Part shown: positions 16,729 to 26,647 of the stretch, one piece after another
Numbering within the stretch: the stretch's first letter is position 1
Layout of the letters: each line of letters opens with the position of its first letter
IMG/VR virus record: IMGVR_UViG_3300049571_000380
Location: 128,485 to 192,484 of that record
Direction: 5' to 3' (one strand)
DNA from: a virus
Length of the DNA stretch: 64,000 nucleotides
Notes under the pieces: model-generated
The model's input: only the letters and a program-made list of their open reading frames with translations
Told to the model about the DNA's origin: nothing
Databases searched by the model: none
Made by a program: the position numbers and the translations under genes

Positions 16729-16744
16729 GAGGATGTCCCCCGAG

Positions 16745-16785
16745 CAGGGCCCACCTGGGAGCGTCGGTATCCCGGGTGGGCCCTG
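16745..16785. terminator. Bidirectional terminator
   Basis: CAGGGCCCACCTGGGA / TCCCGGGTGGGCCCTG. Confidence 0.75.
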
Positions 16786-16787
16786 AC

Positions 16788-16868
16788 TCATACGACCCCG
16801 ACGAGCGCCAGGATCAGGACGATCAGCAGGATCGCCACGAGCAGGGTGATCAGTCCATTGGTCGTCAT
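16788..16868 (-). CDS. 26-aa single-TM peptide (not in ORF track)
   Basis: GAGGAGG RBS; MTTNGLITLLVAILLIVLILALVGVV. Confidence 0.6.
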   Translation of the reverse strand: MTTNGLITLLVAILLIVLILALVGVV

Positions 16869-16909
16869 GGTGTCCTCCTCACGAGGGCACCTACCCCGGA
16901 TGGCCCGGC

Positions 16910-19900
16910 CTACGAGAGGGCCGCCCAGCGGGAGCCGGTGTTCTGCGACCCCGAGCTGAGCGTGATGCTCGACGGGAGCGCCGTCTGGCCGGTGCCGGAA
17001 GTGAGGAACCGGGAGGTCGCGGTGGTGAGACCGGCGTTCATCGCGCTGGAGACGCCACCCGAGGCGGCCACCGACGGCTGGGTGCCAGTGCCCACCGACA
17101 GGAAGGCGACGTAGTAGTCCCCGACCGCGAGCGTCTGCGCCGCCGTGAGGGCCGCCGTCTTCAGGCCCTGGGAGCCGAAGTTGGTGGTCTGGTCAGCGCT
17201 GACGGCGAGCCGGGTCCCGGAGGAGTTGTACAGGCCGACAAAGTTCTGACCGCTGGTCAGGGATGTTCCCGCCGTGGTGACGCCGTACAGGATGTTCGAG
17301 ACCACGGTCGACCGGTTCACGATCTTGACCTTGGACAGATATACGACGCCCGTGCTCAGCGGGAAGGCGTCGGCGATCGTGGCCGGGTCCTGCGTCCACG
17401 TGATCAGGTCGTGGTCGGCCGGAGTGAAGGTCGGGTTGTTGACCACGCTCAGTGGATACTGGAGAAGCCCGGCGGGCATCGCGTTTCCGGTATTGAAAGT
17501 GATGATGTCCCGGAAAACGGTGGACGACGACTTCGTGTAGGTGACCGTTCCGCCCGTGTTGTTCTCGATGCGGATCCGCTCGAAAATGTTTGGTGCTGCC
17601 GAGGTCGTGTTCAGGTCTTCGATGATCTGAAGCGTGCCGCTCGACTCGACGTTCACCCACTTCGCCTGGAACAGGTTGTTGTAGGAGTTCGAGGCGCAGA
17701 CGAACATCTTGTTTCCGGCCTGACCGCTGTCTCCGGTGACGTAGTTGCAGTAAAACTCGTTGCTCTCACCGTTGGCGACGTTGATACCGGTCTGGAACTG
17801 CTCCAGGTTCAGGCCGTAGAACCGCTGGCTGGCCGTGGGATCGGTTCCTCCGACATAGATGCCCGTGCATCCCGTGGAGTTCGCCCCAGCTTCGAACATG
17901 TGCCAGATGTTCTGGTTCATGTTGTTGGCCTGCGAGTCGAAGTAGAGGGCGTATCCGCCCGTTCCGACGATCTCCACGAAGAAGCGCGAGAAGACGCAGT
18001 CTCCCGCGTTCTGCACGGTGGAGTTGTTGATGATTTTGATGCCGTTCCGGCAGCCCTCCACCTCGATATTTTCGAAGGTGGAACGCCACGGCATTCCCAG
18101 CTCCATGCCCCACGTGGTGTAGGAGGCATTGAAGGCTCCGTTGATGCGGAGGTTCCGGAAGCTGGAGTGCCAGAACGAAATCGTGTTGTTGTCGCCGACG
18201 TCGTTCACGCCGATCGACTTGATTCCGATTCCGGATCCGGCGATGAAGATGCAGAACGAATCGAGGTGGACCTGGGCCCAGTCCGAGATGGTGATGGCGA
18301 CGACGTTCGAGGCCGCGTTCAGGTAGGTCGCCTGCTGGCCGCAGCCGCGCAGGGTCACCGTCTTTGCGTTGTCCTCGTCGATGGTGCCGTTGATCTCCAC
18401 GGTGGCCGCGACGTTGAAGGTGCCGGGCGAGAGCAGCACCACGCCGCCACCCGTGGCCTGCACCGCATCGATCGCCGCCTGGATCTGCACCTCGTCCGCC
18501 GTGCCGTCGCAGACGTAGTCGGCCATCGCCTTGTCGGCGGCCGGGGCGTCCGAAGCGGCCACGTACAGGGCTCCGGCCAGCGCCCGGCTGGTCACCGGGA
18601 CGTAGCTCCAGGTGCCGCTGATGCGCGTGTACAGCCGCTTGTTGGTCGTGTCGACGCCCATCATGCCGTCGCTGGGCACGAGCGGAGCGAAGGTCGCGTC
18701 GGAGATGGCCCCGGCGTTCGTCCGCAGGGCGGGGGTCACATCCCCCTTCGCGCCGCCGCCCATGTTGTCGCGCGCCATCGTGCCGGGGGCGTTGATGTCG
18801 AGGGCGGCCACGGCCAGCGTGCCCTTGGTGATGAGCATGTTGCCGAGGATCAGGTTGCTGCCCGAGTCGCCGACGGACTCCTCGCGGATCAGGGAGTGAG
18901 CGGCACCGTTCGTCGTGTGGGACGTGAGGGAGTTGCCCGAGATCAGGTTGCCGGTCGCGGCGTACTCCAGGTGGATGCCGGTGTACGCACCGGCCGTGCC
19001 GACGGCGCCGATGCCGAAGATGGTGTTCCCCTCGACCACGCAGTTCTGGGCCGCGAGGAAGATGGCGTCACCGGCCACCCCGTCGAAGTTGCATCCGATG
19101 ATCTTCGTGGCTGCCACATCCTGCACCCGGATGGCCGGTCGGCTGTTTCCGCCGTTGACGAAGTTGCACCCCAGGATCGTCTGCGTTCCGGCCGAGTCGT
19201 GGATCATACCCATGACCGCGCCGGATCCGCCGAGGAACTGGAAGTCGCAGGCCACGATGAAGTTCTCGTCGTTCGACGTCATGTAGATCGCGTTGCCCTC
19301 CAGGGTGGAGGTGTTCGCGTTGTCGAACAGGCAGTGCGTGACGATGTTGTTGTGGCCGAACGCCGGGCCGGTGATGGCACCGAGGACCAGGCCGGTGCTC
19401 TTGCAGGCGGTGAAGTGGATGCGCTGGAACACGCACTCGACGGCGCCGATGGCCCAGATGCCGCCGCTCGGGCCGGTCGTCTGGTTGGTGTGGTTGCCGT
19501 CGATGGTGAAGTCGGAGAAGGTCGAGCGCGTCTCGCCTCCGGAGAAGGTGATCGCGTTGTCGTCGACTCCGGCGGCCAGCTTCAGCACGGTTCCCCAGCC
19601 CGACCCCACCAGGCCCAGCCCGACCCCGTCCGGCCAGTTGATCGTGGCGCCCAGGTTGAAGGTGCCGTCGAGCAGCCGGATGCGGCCCTTGCCGGGAAAG
19701 CCGTCCACCAGATCGACGGCCTGCTGGATCACGAGGTGGTCGTCGGTGCCGGTGCAGATGAAGTCGGCATCATCCTTCGAGGCGGAGTCTGCGGCGGCGA
19801 CCGTGACTTCCCCCGAGACGGCCCGGCTCCGGGTGAAGGTGCTGGTCGTGCCGATCGCGTAGGTGATGTTCGAGCCGAGCCGGATCTCTCCGTTGTCGCC

Positions 19901-22900
19901 CGCGTCGAAGATGCCGCCGGTCGCCGCGTGCAGGTAGGCGTTGTCGACCTGCACGAACGGAGTGTCGGTGAAGGATCCGCCGTACTGAGGCGAGTTGGTG
20001 GACGCGCCTCCGTCGTCCACGCCGGGGAAGTTCGTCCAGTCGCCGATGATGACCGGGGTGGTCGCGCCGTTGGTGGCCAGGCCCGCGTACCCGCCACCGC
20101 CAGTGCCGCCGTTGCGGCCGTCGCGGCGCGTCATCAGGTTCGAGATGACGATCGGCGGCGTGCCGGTGCAGTCCAGGTAGACGCCGTTGAAGCCGTTGCG
20201 GTCGGTCGAGCAGCCCGACATCAGCATGCCGCCGGACCCGGCGCCGTTGCCCCAGTCGCCACTCAGATAGAAGCCATGGTTGCCGTTCCACTCGGCCCGG
20301 CATCCGAGCATCTGCGAGTTCGCCGCATTCTGGAGCATCCAGCCGTTGGACCAGTTGCCGATGGACTGGCAGTCGATGGCGGTTAGATCGACCATGCGCT
20401 CGCCGAAGAACCCGTGGGCGTGGTTGTTGTCGAGCATCACGCGGTGCATGCGCCAGGAGTAAGGAGCGACGCCGCCCTGGAGGCCGCAGTAGATGCCGGA
20501 GTTCGGGAAGCGCCGGATTGTGACGTCGCGCAGGGCCACGTTCTGGATGTTTCCCTTGGCCTGGATGCCGTCGACTCCGGCCGCCACGTTCGAGCCGTCG
20601 AGCGTGAGGTTCAGGATCCGCTGTTCACCGGAGATGTCCGCATAGCCGCCGTCGGTGGCGTCCAGGAAGCGGATGGCCGCGACACCCGTGAAGGTGGCCA
20701 GGGGCTTGATCTGCACGTTCGGCTCGTAGAGGTCGGTGACCGTCATCAGGTCTGAACGCAGGCCCATCAGCGTCTTGCCGGGCGGCACGACGATCGGCTC
20801 GTCGGTTGCGTAGGTGCGCGCAGGCAGCACGATGACGCTGCCTGCGGGGGAGGTGCTGAGGATGGTGTTGATGGCAGGGGCGTCGTCCGTGGTTCCGTCG
20901 CCGACGACACCGTGATCGACGCCGTTGATCCACAGGGAGTCCTGCGCCATGTAAAGGTCGTCGGCCGTGGCCTGGTCGAGTGCGCCGACGTCGGCCGCAC
21001 TCAGACTCACGGCGCCGGTCTCGCCGTTCACGGAGGTCACGGGAGCGGTCGGAAGCTGCGCCGAGGGGACCTTGCCCGTGTTGTCGAGGGTGGCGACGCC
21101 GTTGTTGGCGCCCTTCTCGTCCGAGTCGATCGCCCCCACGTCGGCCGCGCTCAGGCTGACCGCTCCGGTTTCCCCGTTGACCGAGGTGACCGGAGCGGTG
21201 GGGAGCTGGCCGGAAGGGACCTTGCCGTCGAGGCCGAGGGTGGCCACACCGCTGGCGACACCCTTCTCGGTCGTGTCGATCGCGCCGACGTCGGCTGCCG
21301 AGAGCGTCACATCCGGGCCGGATTCGCCGTTCACGGTCTCCACGACGGGCTCTCCGGCCGTCGAGGTGTCAGTGATGAGGCCGAGCGCTTCCAGGCCGTC
21401 CAGCAGGCTCTGGAGGGCGCCGCCGGTCGTGCGTTCGCCGGAGACCGTCTGCCTTCCGACGGCCGTCGCGCCGAAGAAGCCGAGCAGGTTGTTCAGCCCG
21501 TCGATGGTGTGCACCGACGTGTCGTCCGGGTTGGCCCCGAACAGCCACTTGCCGCTCGCGTGAGCGGTGAACTCACCGGACTCCAGACGCAGGTACGTCC
21601 ACTGCTCACCGAGGAAGTTGACCAGCTCGAAGACCGACACGAACAGATCGGCACCCGAGGCGTCGAGGTCCAGGGATGCGCCGGACTGCCGGAAGCGGTA
21701 GCTCTTCGCGTCTTCCTGGCCGATGAGGAAGTCGGAGTTGATCAGTGCCAGCAGGCCGACACCGAGCCGCTTGAGGAAGGTGTCCATCGAGCCGGAGCCC
21801 GAGCCCCACTGCATCTCACCGTCGGTGAGCCGACGCCAGAGATCGTTGGTGTTGACCAGCGTCCGGGAGGACTGGGCCACGTCGTCGTCGGCCGCGCGCA
21901 GCGAGGAGATGGTGCCGGTGAACTCGGCGCCGGAGAGCTGGGCGTATCCGCTCAGGTCGACAGCGGCACCGCCGCCGGGACCCGAGCCGAACTTGCCCGC
22001 CTTGATGAACAGGGCCTGCGCCACGTCGGAGAGATCGGTGGCCGAGCCGGAGGTCGCCAGGAATCCCAGGTTGATGGCGTTGCCGGGGAGTGCCGGGTTC
22101 GTCGCGAAGGCTTCCTTGCCCGCAGCGGAGACCGCGTCGTCGAGCGAGGCGTACGTCTGCTGGCCGTACTGAAGGACGTGGACCTCTGAGCCCTCGTTGG
22201 TGGGGAACATCCAGAGCTGGTGGACCACATACTCCCCGCCAGGGACGGCCGTCAGGGAACCATTGTTGTCGTAGTTGCCGACGTCCACCACGGTCGACGA
22301 CAGGACGTGCTCCAGGTCGGAATCCCGCAGGACGTTCGTCCAGGAGGCCGGGGAGGCGCCGACCGTGTTCGTGATGTGCGGGTTGTTGGTTTCGGCGTTG
22401 CCGTCGAAGTGGTTCCAGCCCCGGGAGAAGACCTGACCGGCGCCCACGTTGAGCATCAGGTTCGCACCGTTGGGGCTGACGTCGTTGCCCGAGATGCCGA
22501 AGGCGCCGATCGCGTCCATCAGGTCGTAGAGCTGGTTGACCGGGTTGCCCGAGATGGTGGGGATGGACTGCGCCAGGAAGATGGACCCGTTGTCCTGCGC
22601 GGCCAGGCCGAGGACGATGAACGTCCGTCGGTCTTCGGGGGTGGGCCGGTTCTCCTGCTGGTAGACGTTCAGATCGGCGTCCATCACGAACCAGGTGATG
22701 TCCCGGGTTTGGGCGACGCTGTCCAGTTCGACGGTGATGACGCTCGTGCTCTCGACGGGGGTGATCGTCGGAGGGTTGCTGAGGTAGTCGACGATCCGGC
22801 CGCTCAGGGGGTTGATGTCGATGGCCAGGGGGTTGCCCGGGTTCACCGAGATGTCGCCACCGGAGGTGATGCCGGTGTCGAGGCCGCCGTCCACGCCGGA

Positions 22901-23431
22901 GGGACCGGCGGGGCCCACGAGGGAGGCAAGCCACTCTTCCTCAGTTCCGACGAAGCCGTTGTCGACCGCGACCTGGTAGGCGGACTCGCCGTCCTGGCCG
23001 TCGGCGCCCGGAGTGCCGGGTGCGCCGGGCGCACCGGGACTGCCGGGCGGTCCGGGGACGGGCACGTAGTCGACGCCGCAGATGTCCACCGAGAGGATGT
23101 CGGTGATGTCGAGTGCGCCAGTCCCTTCCGGGAGGGCGAAGACACTCTCTTCCCAGTCACCGCCGACGAACTGCCGCAGGCGCCACATGCGGCCGTCGGC
23201 CGGGAGGACTCCAGTCGCATCGGTGCAGACGAGATCTTCCGAGAAGTGGCCGTTCTCGTCGAGCGTGACCTTTCCGCCACCGAGGAGAATCTGATTCCCT
23301 TCCTGATCCGTCCAGCGGGCCGGAACAGGTTCGAAAATCACGTAGTTGGATCCGTCGCTTCCGTCATACGGCTCACCATTGACCGGATTGACGTAAGTGC
23401 CGGTGACGGTACGTTCGGTCGGCAGCGCCAT
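16910..23431 (-). CDS. Giant fibre/adhesin-like protein with a collagen-like segment, tandem repeats and three right-handed beta-helix (pectate-lyase-like) regions
   Basis: GXY repeats; three VTSVNGETGAV-type repeats; GVVGDGTTDDAPAIN, CTGTDDHLVIQQAVD and CDGTADEVQIQAAID module starts. Confidence 0.85.
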   Translation of the reverse strand: MALPTERTVTGTYVNPVNGEPYDGSDGSNYVIFEPVPARWTDQEGNQILLGGGKVTLDENGHFSEDLVCTDATGVLPADGRMWRLRQFVGGDWEESVFALPEGTGALDITDILSVDICGVDYVPVPGPPGSPGAPGAPGTPGADGQDGESAYQVAVDNGFVGTEEEWLASLVGPAGPSGVDGGLDTGITSGGDISVNPGNPLAIDINPLSGRIVDYLSNPPTITPVESTSVITVELDSVAQTRDITWFVMDADLNVYQQENRPTPEDRRTFIVLGLAAQDNGSIFLAQSIPTISGNPVNQLYDLMDAIGAFGISGNDVSPNGANLMLNVGAGQVFSRGWNHFDGNAETNNPHITNTVGASPASWTNVLRDSDLEHVLSSTVVDVGNYDNNGSLTAVPGGEYVVHQLWMFPTNEGSEVHVLQYGQQTYASLDDAVSAAGKEAFATNPALPGNAINLGFLATSGSATDLSDVAQALFIKAGKFGSGPGGGAAVDLSGYAQLSGAEFTGTISSLRAADDDVAQSSRTLVNTNDLWRRLTDGEMQWGSGSGSMDTFLKRLGVGLLALINSDFLIGQEDAKSYRFRQSGASLDLDASGADLFVSVFELVNFLGEQWTYLRLESGEFTAHASGKWLFGANPDDTSVHTIDGLNNLLGFFGATAVGRQTVSGERTTGGALQSLLDGLEALGLITDTSTAGEPVVETVNGESGPDVTLSAADVGAIDTTEKGVASGVATLGLDGKVPSGQLPTAPVTSVNGETGAVSLSAADVGAIDSDEKGANNGVATLDNTGKVPSAQLPTAPVTSVNGETGAVSLSAADVGALDQATADDLYMAQDSLWINGVDHGVVGDGTTDDAPAINTILSTSPAGSVIVLPARTYATDEPIVVPPGKTLMGLRSDLMTVTDLYEPNVQIKPLATFTGVAAIRFLDATDGGYADISGEQRILNLTLDGSNVAAGVDGIQAKGNIQNVALRDVTIRRFPNSGIYCGLQGGVAPYSWRMHRVMLDNNHAHGFFGERMVDLTAIDCQSIGNWSNGWMLQNAANSQMLGCRAEWNGNHGFYLSGDWGNGAGSGGMLMSGCSTDRNGFNGVYLDCTGTPPIVISNLMTRRDGRNGGTGGGGYAGLATNGATTPVIIGDWTNFPGVDDGGASTNSPQYGGSFTDTPFVQVDNAYLHAATGGIFDAGDNGEIRLGSNITYAIGTTSTFTRSRAVSGEVTVAAADSASKDDADFICTGTDDHLVIQQAVDLVDGFPGKGRIRLLDGTFNLGATINWPDGVGLGLVGSGWGTVLKLAAGVDDNAITFSGGETRSTFSDFTIDGNHTNQTTGPSGGIWAIGAVECVFQRIHFTACKSTGLVLGAITGPAFGHNNIVTHCLFDNANTSTLEGNAIYMTSNDENFIVACDFQFLGGSGAVMGMIHDSAGTQTILGCNFVNGGNSRPAIRVQDVAATKIIGCNFDGVAGDAIFLAAQNCVVEGNTIFGIGAVGTAGAYTGIHLEYAATGNLISGNSLTSHTTNGAAHSLIREESVGDSGSNLILGNMLITKGTLAVAALDINAPGTMARDNMGGGAKGDVTPALRTNAGAISDATFAPLVPSDGMMGVDTTNKRLYTRISGTWSYVPVTSRALAGALYVAASDAPAADKAMADYVCDGTADEVQIQAAIDAVQATGGGVVLLSPGTFNVAATVEINGTIDEDNAKTVTLRGCGQQATYLNAASNVVAITISDWAQVHLDSFCIFIAGSGIGIKSIGVNDVGDNNTISFWHSSFRNLRINGAFNASYTTWGMELGMPWRSTFENIEVEGCRNGIKIINNSTVQNAGDCVFSRFFVEIVGTGGYALYFDSQANNMNQNIWHMFEAGANSTGCTGIYVGGTDPTASQRFYGLNLEQFQTGINVANGESNEFYCNYVTGDSGQAGNKMFVCASNSYNNLFQAKWVNVESSGTLQIIEDLNTTSAAPNIFERIRIENNTGGTVTYTKSSSTVFRDIITFNTGNAMPAGLLQYPLSVVNNPTFTPADHDLITWTQDPATIADAFPLSTGVVYLSKVKIVNRSTVVSNILYGVTTAGTSLTSGQNFVGLYNSSGTRLAVSADQTTNFGSQGLKTAALTAAQTLAVGDYYVAFLSVGTGTQPSVAASGGVSSAMNAGLTTATSRFLTSGTGQTALPSSITLSSGSQNTGSRWAALS

Positions 23432-23497
23432 GGTCAGCCTTTCTCTCGTCTGGGAGCAGAGTAATCAGGAATTACGACGAGCGCCGAAGCGATTGGC

Positions 23498-25024
23498 TCA
23501 CGGACCCACGGCGGCCCATGGACCGGCGAAGTCCGTACCCGTATTGATCTCCGGAACAAGCGGTGAAGGAAGCACAGTCCGGCCGGATCCGTTCTTGGCG
23601 AAACGCAGGTTGGCAGCCGTCAGGCCGACGTTCGCCACGGCCTCCACGCCAGTCCATCCGGATCCACGAGTCAAGGTGGGGGCGACCGAAGAGTTGAAGA
23701 GGAGGCCGACCCAGTAGAACGACCCAGCCGCGAGGGACTGACTGGTGATGGTGGTCGTCTTCAGACCGGCCGAGGAGATGGCCGAGTCGATCCCGGTCGA
23801 GGCCATCAGCGCTCCAGCCGAGGAGTAGAGGCCGACCCAGTTCTGCCCGGCCACGGCGCCGGACCCCGTGTTGCTGATCCACCAGTAGATCTTCGTAACG
23901 TTGACGGCTGCCGCGATGTTGAGCCGCACCAGATACAGAACGCCGTTGGACATCTCGGTGGAGTTCACGGCGAGTGCCGGGTCGTAGCACCAGGCGGCCA
24001 GGCCGTGAGCAGCCGGAAAGTCCTGGCCCAGCGCATGGCCGGTGACGGCGACACTTCCCGTGACCGTGCCGCCGGAGGACGGGAAGGCACCGGTGATCCG
24101 GGAATCGTTGCCTGCCGCCACGGTTCCGCTGCCGGTGCCGATATCGGCCACTGCCGCACCCCCGAGCCCCAGGTTGTCCCGGGCGAGCGACGGGTCGAGC
24201 AGATCCGAGAGGTTGTTCGCCTTCTCCAGAGAATCCCCGAGACTCGACTCGACGGCAGTCACCCGGCCATCGAGTGCATCTCCATCCGCCTGGGTGAAGG
24301 CGCCGATCGACTCGGGGCTGACCGGGTCAGATCCTGCGGAGGCGTGACTGGCAGCATGGGTCGTAGGAGTGCGCGCGTTGGTGGTGGTCGGGTCGTCCGA
24401 CTTCAGGGCGACGGTCGGCCCGTCTCCGGCGTCGCCGAGCGGCGGCTGTGGACCGACGGGCCCTTCCGCCCCCTCGGGTCCGACCAGGGAGGCAAGCCAC
24501 TGCGATTCCGTTCCGACGAATCCGTTGTCCACGGCCACGTCGTACGCCGACTCGCCGTCGGCGCCTGTCGCTCCGGCCGGACCGGCGGGTCCTTCCGCTC
24601 CGGCGGCTCCGGCCGGGCCGGCCGGTCCTGCGGGACCAGGAGGGCCGGGGGAAGGAACGAAGACGACTCCACCTTCCTCGATCGAGAGGAGGTCGCTGAT
24701 ATCCAGAGGGCCGTCCCCCTCTGGGACGGCGATGTATCCAGTGGTGCTGAAATCTCCGACATGCTGGTGGATTTTCCACAGACGGCCACTCGGGAGAACA
24801 CCGGGATCGTCGGTGCACACGAGGTCTTTCTGGAAGCTGCCATTCTCGGAGAGATTCACCCGGCCGGTCCCCAGAAGAATCTGGTTTCCGTCCTGGTCGG
24901 TCCACACGGACGGATACGGCTCGAAGACCACGTACTGGTTACGCCCGTTTGTGCCGTCGTACGGCTTGCCCGTCACGGGGTTCACGTACGTTCCGGTGAC
25001 CGTGCGCTGGGTGGGCAGAGCCAT
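23498..25024 (-). CDS. Collagen-repeat fibre/minor tail-like protein, paralogous to 16910..23431
   Basis: Similar N-terminal ~115 aa, GXY run, GESAYxVAVDNGFVGTExxWLASLVGP motif, and a related C-terminal domain. Confidence 0.85.
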   Translation of the reverse strand: MALPTQRTVTGTYVNPVTGKPYDGTNGRNQYVVFEPYPSVWTDQDGNQILLGTGRVNLSENGSFQKDLVCTDDPGVLPSGRLWKIHQHVGDFSTTGYIAVPEGDGPLDISDLLSIEEGGVVFVPSPGPPGPAGPAGPAGAAGAEGPAGPAGATGADGESAYDVAVDNGFVGTESQWLASLVGPEGAEGPVGPQPPLGDAGDGPTVALKSDDPTTTNARTPTTHAASHASAGSDPVSPESIGAFTQADGDALDGRVTAVESSLGDSLEKANNLSDLLDPSLARDNLGLGGAAVADIGTGSGTVAAGNDSRITGAFPSSGGTVTGSVAVTGHALGQDFPAAHGLAAWCYDPALAVNSTEMSNGVLYLVRLNIAAAVNVTKIYWWISNTGSGAVAGQNWVGLYSSAGALMASTGIDSAISSAGLKTTTITSQSLAAGSFYWVGLLFNSSVAPTLTRGSGWTGVEAVANVGLTAANLRFAKNGSGRTVLPSPLVPEINTGTDFAGPWAAVGP

Positions 25025-25092
25025 TCGGGCCTCCTCGGATGCTGAGAGCAGCGTAGACGGAGGTCAGGCCGGATGGGATCACGGAATGCAGA

Positions 25093-25125
25093 ACACCCCG
25101 CCCATCTTCCGGATGAGCGGGGTGT
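25093..25125. terminator. Terminator hairpin
   Basis: ACACCCCGC.CATC / GATG.GCGGGGTGT. Confidence 0.65.
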
Positions 25126-25128
25126 CGG

Positions 25129-25287
25129 TCAGCCCTCTTCGGGCGTCCAGCGGCGGCCGTAGCGGCGCTTCAGGCCCGTCTTGCGGACCTCGCGCCACGG
25201 GTCACGGACCGGGCGGCCGTTGCGCTTGTCCTTGTGAGGTGCGCAGAGACGGCACCCCTTCCACTGGCGATGCGGACTGTGCGCCAT
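25129..25287 (-). CDS. 52-aa basic protein with CxxC (not in ORF track)
   Basis: MAHSPHRQWKGCRLCAPHKDKRNG...; AAAGG RBS. Confidence 0.6.
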   Translation of the reverse strand: MAHSPHRQWKGCRLCAPHKDKRNGRPVRDPWREVRKTGLKRRYGRRWTPEEG

Positions 25288-25293
25288 CGCGTT

Positions 25294-25336
25294 CCTTTCC
25301 CACTTCAGCCCCGCCTTGGGGCTGAAGTGGGAAAGG
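25294..25336 (-). terminator. 19-bp perfect hairpin after the vWA gene
   Basis: CCTTTCCCACTTCAGCCCC / GGGGCTGAAGTGGGAAAGG. Confidence 0.7.
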
Positions 25337-25373
25337 CGCGTCAGGAGTCATGCCGGAACTGTACCGGCCGGGC

Positions 25374-26480
25374 TCACAGCTTGACGAGGAGCTTCGTGTT
25401 CTTCTTGAGCTTGCGGTTGTAGCTGCCCGACATCACGAAGACCTTCAGGTCCGGGTTGAACCCGGCCTTCACCGAGAGGGTGCCGTTCGTGCGTCCGTCG
25501 GGGCCGAACAGCAGCTCGCGGGCGTCCTCGCCGCCGTAGACCTTCCGGGTCTTCTTGTCGTAGACCAGGACGTCCTTGTTGGACTGGACCGAGACGCGAA
25601 CCCCCAGCTCGTAGTACGCGGAGCGCGGGCGGTAGGGCTTCTCCGTGTGCTTCTCGACGAAGTCGCGGATCTCCATGCCGTCCTCGGCCGTCTCCACGTC
25701 GTAGATCTCGTAGGAGCCCCGGCTGAGCGGCTTCAGCACGGCCTTCACCGTGTTGATGTCGATGTCCTGGCCGACCGCGAAAAGGCTCTTCGTGCCGCGA
25801 ACGCCCGCCTCGCGCCCCCGCAGGAAGCTCGTGGCCGCCGCCTTGACGGTGCCGATGGCCTCCTCGACGCCCTTCGTGGAGTCGGCATCCCAGGTGGCGA
25901 TGTTACCCGCCGGGAAGCCGTAGGACTGGGCGGTGCGCTTGGCCAGCGAGCTGGGCACGAGGATCGCGGACGTCCAGTGGTCGGCGAGGCCGCCCATGAC
26001 GGTCTGGATCCGGCGCAGCCAGCGGTCGAGCTGCTGGCGGTCCTGCACGCCGCCGTACGGGGAGGTGTGCATGTGGCCGCTCTCGGAGCAGCCGGAGGCG
26101 TTCTCCTCGCCGTCGGTCCACACGACCTGGAGGAAGGAGTGCTCACCGTACTTCTCGGAGACCTCCGTCTTGAGGTCTTCGAGCGAGAGCACCGACGCCT
26201 CGATCAGCGAGGTGGCTCCCCGGTCGACGTGGTAGACGCCCTTCATGGACGGCAGCGCCTTCACGTCCATGTCCCAGACGAGGCACTTCACCTCGTGGTC
26301 GAAGGCGTAGAGCGAGATGCGGGTCTCGTGGCCGAGCGCGTCGGACTCCTCCTTGAGGCCCTTCACGAACTCGTCCACGACCCGGATGACGGTCGACTCG
26401 TGCTTCTGCATCGAGCCGGACTTGTCGATCACCAGGGCGACGTGGTTGACCTTGTGCTTCTTGAGGACGTCGGTGGTCAC
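25374..26480 (-). CDS. vWA-domain protein
   Basis: MIDAS-like LVIDKSGSM, T in GATSL, and VVWTDGEEN. Confidence 0.85.
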   Translation of the reverse strand: MTTDVLKKHKVNHVALVIDKSGSMQKHESTVIRVVDEFVKGLKEESDALGHETRISLYAFDHEVKCLVWDMDVKALPSMKGVYHVDRGATSLIEASVLSLEDLKTEVSEKYGEHSFLQVVWTDGEENASGCSESGHMHTSPYGGVQDRQQLDRWLRRIQTVMGGLADHWTSAILVPSSLAKRTAQSYGFPAGNIATWDADSTKGVEEAIGTVKAAATSFLRGREAGVRGTKSLFAVGQDIDINTVKAVLKPLSRGSYEIYDVETAEDGMEIRDFVEKHTEKPYRPRSAYYELGVRVSVQSNKDVLVYDKKTRKVYGGEDARELLFGPDGRTNGTLSVKAGFNPDLKVFVMSGSYNRKLKKNTKLLVKL

Positions 26481-26647
26481 GTTCTTCTCCTTGATCCTGT
26501 GCGTTTTGTTCTCGTTCTCGTGGCTTGTTCTTGCGTGGTTCCCACTGTAGTGCACGGCACTGACAACGCGATCTGACCTGCACTTTTGCGTTCCAGACGT
26601 GTGGCCTTGTGGCAGACTGCCGATCAATGGCAGTCAAGGAGGCGTGC

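Noticed and set aside
17411-20386. 991-aa plus-strand ORF, and similar long antisense ORFs (e.g. 39835..42036, 43764..45371, 31474..33057)
   Set aside because: Shadow frames of high-GC genes on the opposite strand; no motifs or RBS.
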